From Fibrobacterales bacterium (GTDB taxonomy: Bacteria; Fibrobacterota; Fibrobacteria; Fibrobacterales; JAOPTW01): 64,000 bases of DNA. The position numbers and the translations under genes were made by a program. Shown here piece by piece: positions 60,201 to 64,000 of the stretch (its first letter is position 1; every line of letters begins with the position of its first letter). The DNA is taken from the NCBI GenBank assembly GCA_051532035.1, contig JAOPTW010000008.1, positions 1 to 64,000 of the forward strand, written 5' to 3'. The notes under the pieces were generated by a model, which saw only the letters and a list, made by a program, of their open reading frames with translations, made no database searches and had not been told where the DNA came from.

Positions 60201-60930
60201 TAAGTATCATTTCTACTTCTGCAGCATCAGTAACATGTGCAGACAAACTACCATTAAAGAAAACACGTTTCGTTGGATCGGGGAATACCACAACCACAAT
60301 ACTATCAGTTATTGTATGATATGCGTCGGTAACGGTATACTTGCCTACAAATGTTCCTGGTGTGCTATACACACATTTCATACCTTTTGAATGGCCAGTA
60401 ACAACAGTACTATTATCACTGCATACAGAAGAAAAGGTGACTGCTGCATCATCATCAGTCCATGTTGTGGTGAGAATTAAGCTATCCCCTACCATTACGC
60501 GAGCGCTGTCACTACTTAAAGAAACTATAGGTACCTTATTGACAGGCTTAGCCGTAAAGCGATATTGATTATCCAACAATACAGCATTAGCAGTATCCAC
60601 AACAAAAGATTCTTTTTGCATTCCGATATAATTGTTTTGTGAAAATAATTTATACTCAACTGCAAATGTATCATTCAGTCGTTGTGATAGGTCAATCACC
60701 GCCGGGGCATTGAGCTGGACCACAGTATCAGTAACTTGGCCATTTTGGATCTCTATAATTATCGAATCAGCAGTCACTCCCATTGCGACGGCATCAACAA
60801 TATAGTTTACAGAGAGTGCCACCGAATCAGCGGACGACTCTCCTTTTGGTTTTTCATTATCATCGAAAATACAAGACATCATCACAAAAGATGTCAATAT
60901 TAATAGTGTTAATAATTTTTTAAGAAACAT
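54244..60930 (-). CDS. Giant (about 2230 aa) lipoprotein: Ig/PKD-like domains, InlB-B repeats, many ~73-aa tandem repeats, PKD-like, Kelch-like propeller
   Basis: AAGGA RBS before ATG 60930, lipobox MMSC; GY.F.GW...LYAQW repeats; HGG.V....P..GY.F..Y....G.A...GN.L.N..S...I.G.F repeats; C-terminus paralogous to 50969 gene. Confidence 0.88.
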   Translation of the reverse strand: MFLKKLLTLLILTSFVMMSCIFDDNEKPKGESSADSVALSVNYIVDAVAMGVTADSIIIEIQNGQVTDTVVQLNAPAVIDLSQRLNDTFAVEYKLFSQNNYIGMQKESFVVDTANAVLLDNQYRFTAKPVNKVPIVSLSSDSARVMVGDSLILTTTWTDDDAAVTFSSVCSDNSTVVTGHSKGMKCVYSTPGTFVGKYTVTDAYHTITDSIVVVVFPDPTKRVFFNGSLSAHVTDAAEVEMILTGDNLIAPVLISAVVDYESGTYAGHYDLRQPGMNYTVDVNIKDSRERVTGVAHQVFTIAQLNIAIAPIDAWNAKPWLTIEPVPAASINDLISVTYASGDSLNGGLITMTEWKYGDNEYIETITPTLSLQLPSVAVIEYPVSIRVTDNDGNIVESVVNVEVLQDKPVVSLVYEDTLNVGVDSLYFSWVGTDGFGEIEEYAFKEVADTAWLVLETSTKVDWVNSGTDGVYSYILRATDDDGNVVYDTTTVENFTVDFNLSGGVGTINSQIIKSKGALFESAIHPSKQGYHFGGWCKEVELTNSWSYTADRITQDTTLFAQWSAQINTVSFEANSGAGTMPAVEIATVATAQLPAVTFEKEGYQFIGWSTTVDGAVSIENQAQYTMGVSSVTLYAQWSANNNVLSFAGNGSETGNMDDVSMDTDEKGTLPVNQYVRSGYAFQGWALTDSDVVVYDDNSEFTMGAGAQALYAVWSALDNSVLFNANGGSGNMAVQVAATNVTIELTENSFIKPGYSFAGWALTENGAVVYGEQAEYVMAAEGVELFAQWAANTNSITFMANGASRGTMALHYATTDAAVTLPENAFERIGYTFKGWSTTAGGAIAYVDQESFTMGGDDVVLYAEWERIYFTIAFATSQNGSVSGLTSVEYGGAITLENFPEAGFNFVRYDVNGTADLDRDVLSNITSDITITGQFSQRVYEITYRNTYGGTIDGDDRVAHGGSVSLTHSSITGHHFEEFIVESGSADINGNALINVTSDIVISGHFEINTYTVSYVSNSGGSVTGNTTITHGSTVPVTAITNEGYDFIALSVVGNATVLGNQVQNITSNITVEGVFDLKKYQVRFESTVGGVVEGSSANVDHGGSVQLTTSANAGYDFVRFDIIQGTGTVQGHSVTEVRSNITIKGVFSRKSYVIEYQTSNGGTISGNTEVLHGRTVDLSKNPETGYDFTGYEILSGDAELIGDDLTNVTSTIVIRGTFTLKQYRIRYPYTNNGSVSGGETVSHGGSVTIEPSPDVGYQFDAYDVTGNADVIGNELVNVYSDVTVRGTFSRKSYTIEYQSSVYGSITGPVSADHGGSITLNNTPSTGYDFIRYEIVSGNADVDGSLLKNIAGDVVVRGIFEIKSYTITIIPDGFGAVIVDNNTVSHGGSATLSNTPVTGYEFVKYIQTGDADLNGNDLVNITSDLTIRGKFSSLQFTITYETSQGGTIFGDATVYYGGEITVSNTPDEGYQYHDFTVVSGDARKVGSQIREITTDITLRGSFSLKTYNVSIIGNPNGVVTVDPETVNHGGSATLSNIPEAGFTFIQYTLRSGDAVLIGNRLTNITSPLVIESEFSQNTYNVSYATTTGGSVTGPKVASHGGSINLTFSADQGYQLADWTVSGPGTKVGQTVQNIRGNITITPTFEKKTYSIAYTSVAGGEIHGPISVLHGENISITKHPLISHVFSDVTIEGTFGSSDVNGVYNVQSNLTVRGEFTFKTLNFTYNATAGGDLTGVPTATYGSDILLSPVPTSGYQFDGYTVNPSDAGVINGHTLEDVKSNAQITANFSLKQYKITITTTGSGSTSRIGDVNVTHGGSLPVTFSPAHGNVARTVKVDGATVTNFTGYTFSNVTSARTLEVGFAVNAAPTISSMIGSKFVPINESVSLTAAAADANGDAVTYSWDVDGNGTTDRTGANASFTYTSPLSSDIELTVCDRFGACNDQSVELRAYRWVRTATSLPILHATNHGMSGGVHDGKLIITIGGYPNQGIYTSQDGVSWTHFGGSHNLGGGYDIKIVNSGTETILLDGSSGDYVLNGTSIALEYRSYTTSYNGFGVVAYGNKACHLMGSTRGYSNNNVTCRYSDGTWIQHSGTNLPAEDDVHGYYYNGKSWVITSVGSVYTTSHISSYSNWTNLHNHGWTSYSRMAGTVFDNKMWLSGGDGWGSTAPKTDNVKFSTDGINWSDLSVGLPTGAMSTHRMVSYDNKMWIVGGAKDGIGNYNQEIWYMDIGQ

Positions 60931-61359
60931 ATTTTTCCTTGTTAAAAGTGATAACCGAGTATATAAACGATTACTAAACGGTAAAGACAATTTAGAAATT
61001 GCAAACACAATTACAACACTCGTGTGACTAAAGTGTGACAATTCACACAGCGTGAACACTATTGTGTAAATTATTATTTACAAACGTTTGATTACAAAAT
61101 TTTATTAGTAAGAACAAAAACGGCTTATCATATTTAACACCAAAATTCGGTAAAACTTCGAAAGTGCAAGGCTTGAAAGTGTCGACACTTAAAATCGTGT
61201 TTTTAAGAAACCCTAGGGGATAGATACAGCATAACTTAAAAATAGTGAAACTTTTGTAAGGAGCTGATTTTACTAATTTTCTTTTTTACATTTCATACCG
61301 TTTTTATTTGTCTATTGGTACGCCCGTACCTTAATTCGTTTTTATATGCAGGAGACATA

Positions 61360-62838
61360 ATGATATTACGACTTATCATCCCATTTCTTATCTTCCTAGC
61401 CGGATGTGATCTTTTCAAATCAGACACAGCTTCAATGCAAGAATATTCATTTACCCAATCCATCTCTAACAACATCAAACTAGATAGTGTTCAATTCATT
61501 ATTACTATTAATGAAACACAGCAACCTATAAAAACCTACTACTCCAATATTATTCAACCAAACCCTCCGCATATTATATTCAATACATCAACGGGAGTAA
61601 ACTCTATTTTATTCTCATTTGAAGTAAATGAAGACGACAATATCTCAGTACAACACACCAGCTACTCTAAAGGATATGTTATAGTAAAAGGAGGAAAAGC
61701 ATTTATTGCCGGCCAAGCAGATGTAACAACAGACGATCCCACAGTAATAGTATCACCACTAAAAAAATTCATCAGTGACAATTCCTCTGAGCCTACCCTA
61801 ACCTATGATCTTTTTAGACAATATATTATAGACAGTTTGAGCTATAATCCTACAAGTGAATCTCAAAGCATTTATTCAATGCTCACCACTCAACATGAAT
61901 TCAGTAGTCATCTATCAGAAATTGAAACATCTTCAATAATTAATCAAATTTTAGACACTTTTTTCCTCAAACCAGTAACAGTTCAAAGCTACAACAATTA
62001 CATTAAAGTCCTCTCCCCTATGAATTTTGATTCCATCTATCTCTCTCGCTTTTATGAAAGTAAATATGATTTTAATAACCCATTATTTTCAGGACGCCTC
62101 ATCAAGCCAGACCCTAATACCCTTGTGTTAAAGGCGTCTAAAGAACTCAAACGTCAACAATCCAGCCAGACACCCTTTGCATCACTAACTATTTCCGGCG
62201 ACTCACTCTATGTTGCTCGCCTAGAAGTTACCCATGCTGATTTTTGGGGAAAGCTCGACCCAACTAGACTTGATGTTTCGTTGGCGCAATATCCCGTATC
62301 TAATATCACTTTTATTGAGGCAATCCAATACTGTAACCTATTAACTGTTACAGACACCCAAACATTGAGGTCTCCGGCCTACATCTATTCATCAGTAGAG
62401 GAGGTCGACGGCAAAAAAATATTTTTGCAAGCCGATGGCATTACTCAAGGCCTAATTATTGATACTGCCGCAAATGGATACCGACTCCCCACTCAATTAG
62501 AGTGGGAGGCTGCCTATGCGTACAACCTTCCCTATGAGGATGTATACTACTTTTGGGGAGATTCATTAAGTACTCAAAATCTCTCATTTGCTCATAGCTC
62601 AGGTATTATTCAGCCAGGAGGCATTCTCAACCCAAACCTCGCTGGTTTATATGACATTGCGAGTAATGTGGCCGAAATGACACATGCTACAGAAAGTAAC
62701 ATCACCCTCTCTACTGTTATTCGTGCAAAGGGCGGGTCATCTGCAGACATTAATCAACATGATATTAAGAGCTATTTAGATGTTGAAATGAATAAGCGGT
62801 ACCCTTATATTGGCTTGAGAATTGTGTACTCTCCGTAA
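61360..62838 (+). CDS. Lipoprotein with C-terminal FGE-sulfatase (SUMF1, C-type-lectin fold) domain
   Basis: GGAG RBS, lipobox LAGC; EVT..DF, PVSNITFIEAIQYCN.L, NGYRLPT..EWE.A, PN.AGLYD.ASNVAE, IGLRIV. Confidence 0.85.
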   Translation: MILRLIIPFLIFLAGCDLFKSDTASMQEYSFTQSISNNIKLDSVQFIITINETQQPIKTYYSNIIQPNPPHIIFNTSTGVNSILFSFEVNEDDNISVQHTSYSKGYVIVKGGKAFIAGQADVTTDDPTVIVSPLKKFISDNSSEPTLTYDLFRQYIIDSLSYNPTSESQSIYSMLTTQHEFSSHLSEIETSSIINQILDTFFLKPVTVQSYNNYIKVLSPMNFDSIYLSRFYESKYDFNNPLFSGRLIKPDPNTLVLKASKELKRQQSSQTPFASLTISGDSLYVARLEVTHADFWGKLDPTRLDVSLAQYPVSNITFIEAIQYCNLLTVTDTQTLRSPAYIYSSVEEVDGKKIFLQADGITQGLIIDTAANGYRLPTQLEWEAAYAYNLPYEDVYYFWGDSLSTQNLSFAHSSGIIQPGGILNPNLAGLYDIASNVAEMTHATESNITLSTVIRAKGGSSADINQHDIKSYLDVEMNKRYPYIGLRIVYSP

Positions 62839-63140
62839 TATTTATCAAACCAAAATAAGCTCCGAAGTCACTATTTCTAAAACAACTTCCATTGTATTAT
62901 TATCATTAAGCAATGTTTATTATACAACTCGTCATTATGCAACCCCCATAATACTTCTCTCATTAATTCCCTCCCTCTCTTCCTCTCGTTGAGAGTTCAA
63001 AGTGTCAAACAGCAGAGCCAGTCATTTTGCATATACAGACCTACAATACGTCACACCAGCGAACCTTGATCTGCCCTTTATGAGTTGTCCATTCTGACAT
63101 TATGTACACAGACTTATTATAATTATAATTTTTCATAAAT

Positions 63141-63167
63141 AAAAAAGCCCCTCGAATATCGAGGGGC
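63141..63167 (-). terminator. Terminator after second GH16
   Basis: A6-GCCCCTCGA-AT-ATCGAGGGGC. Confidence 0.85.
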
Positions 63168-63194
63168 CTAAATTTTTAAAAATACTCAATGAAC

Positions 63195-64000
63195 TTATTC
63201 GCATTTACCTTTTGATTCACTCCAAGTTCTATCACCGCACCAAGCCGCTTCTTCATAATCATCTTCACCATCCCATTTATAGTAACGGAAAAACTCATAC
63301 TCAGTTGAAGCGTACTCGCCATTTTCTAAGTACCCATCTAGAGTTGCACCAGAAAGTGCAGTGAGTAACCAGAAGTTAAACATAATGTGGATTCCCTCAT
63401 CGGGGATAAGAGTTTTATCGGTAATTTCACGAAACTGAACACCATCAATATACCAAGCAACTCTCTCTGGAGTCCACTCAATCATATATTCATGAAATTC
63501 ATCATGAGCTTTATCATTAACGCCACTTGCAGCTTGAATCAAATCTTCATTTCCATCTTTAATAAGGTCATTATAGTTCTGAGCACCATCCCAATCAATT
63601 AAAAGGTTTGATGTTGGCTTACCTGAATATTTTGAGATCACCTCAATATCAATTTCTAACCATCTTTCATCACTTGGAATATTATAAAGGAACATAGTAG
63701 AAATATGATTTGGAGCATCTGTTTTAAACGACGATACAAAACGACCATACTTATATTTTCTATGTGACCGAATTTCTCCAGAAGAGTACTCTTTAGATCC
63801 AACAATTTTCCCACCAGGATCTTTTGCGGTCCTCTGATCCCAAGCAATACCACCTCTAGGATTATCACGAGTCATATTCAAGAGCAACTTGCCATCTTCG
63901 ACTGAAACATTTTCAGGTATAAACAGCACATCATTATCTGTCCAACTTCCATATGTTTTGCTCCACATACAGTTATCAAACGAATCAAACTCATCTGCAA
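63195..64000 (-). CDS. GH16 glycoside hydrolase, paralog of 49473-50681 (5'-truncated by window)
   Basis: Frame open to window end (ADEFDSFDNCMWS...); SGEIRS..KYKYGRF, WLEIDIE, IEWTPERVAWYIDG, shared YYKW.GEDD...AWCG tail. Confidence 0.88.
   Translation of the reverse strand, partial: ADEFDSFDNCMWSKTYGSWTDNDVLFIPENVSVEDGKLLLNMTRDNPRGGIAWDQRTAKDPGGKIVGSKEYSSGEIRSHRKYKYGRFVSSFKTDAPNHISTMFLYNIPSDERWLEIDIEVISKYSGKPTSNLLIDWDGAQNYNDLIKDGNEDLIQAASGVNDKAHDEFHEYMIEWTPERVAWYIDGVQFREITDKTLIPDEGIHIMFNFWLLTALSGATLDGYLENGEYASTEYEFFRYYKWDGEDDYEEAAWCGDRTWSESKGKCE

Noticed and set aside
60931..61059. Longer N-terminus of the giant lipoprotein given by the ORF track
   Set aside because: ATG 60930 has an RBS and yields a proper signal peptide with lipobox; the upstream stretch looks like promoter DNA
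47092..62838. Diversity-generating retroelement targeting the FISUMP or FGE C-type-lectin-fold genes
   Set aside because: No reverse transcriptase in window and no template repeat matching either 3' end; the duplicated Kelch tails are both intact ORFs without adenine-specific differences
1340..63868. Numerous short antisense or alternate-frame ORFs in the track (e.g. 20357-20974, 44513-45052, 48230-48793)
   Set aside because: They overlap well-supported genes and show no recognisable motifs; treated as shadow ORFs

Overview
AT-rich chromosomal segment from an anaerobic bacterium, most likely Fibrobacterota. This is inferred from a TIGR02147-type protein, a FISUMP-type domain and many Ser-rich lipoproteins; no search was run and all family calls come from motifs read by eye. 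From left to right the window holds: the 3' end of pyruvate:ferredoxin oxidoreductase; a PhoB/PhoR pair with two tandem Na+/Pi cotransporters, flanked by two HDOD genes; tRNA-Lys(CTT); a patatin plus beta-oxidation operon; rseC-rnfBCDGEA and a ferredoxin; a phosphoethanolamine-transferase-like gene interrupted by one in-frame TAA; two LVIVD lipoproteins divergent from a TIGR02147 protein coupled to a CBM-like lipoprotein; rex-hydG-hydE-aspA-hydF-pdxA-queG-SBP-RF-like; and about 20 kb of surface proteins (clan GH-A hydrolase, two GH16s, FISUMP and FGE-fold lipoproteins, two large repeat/Kelch proteins). The best candidate for an undescribed system is the TIGR02147 + 'GGGSDVSN' CBM-lipoprotein pair, together with a recurring palindrome (AGTGCTC-N9-GAGCACT) upstream of it and of both LVIVD genes. 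Other notable signals are a shared Pho-box-like promoter motif and a perfect FNR-type box before hydG. I found no CRISPR array, IS, integrase or reverse transcriptase.
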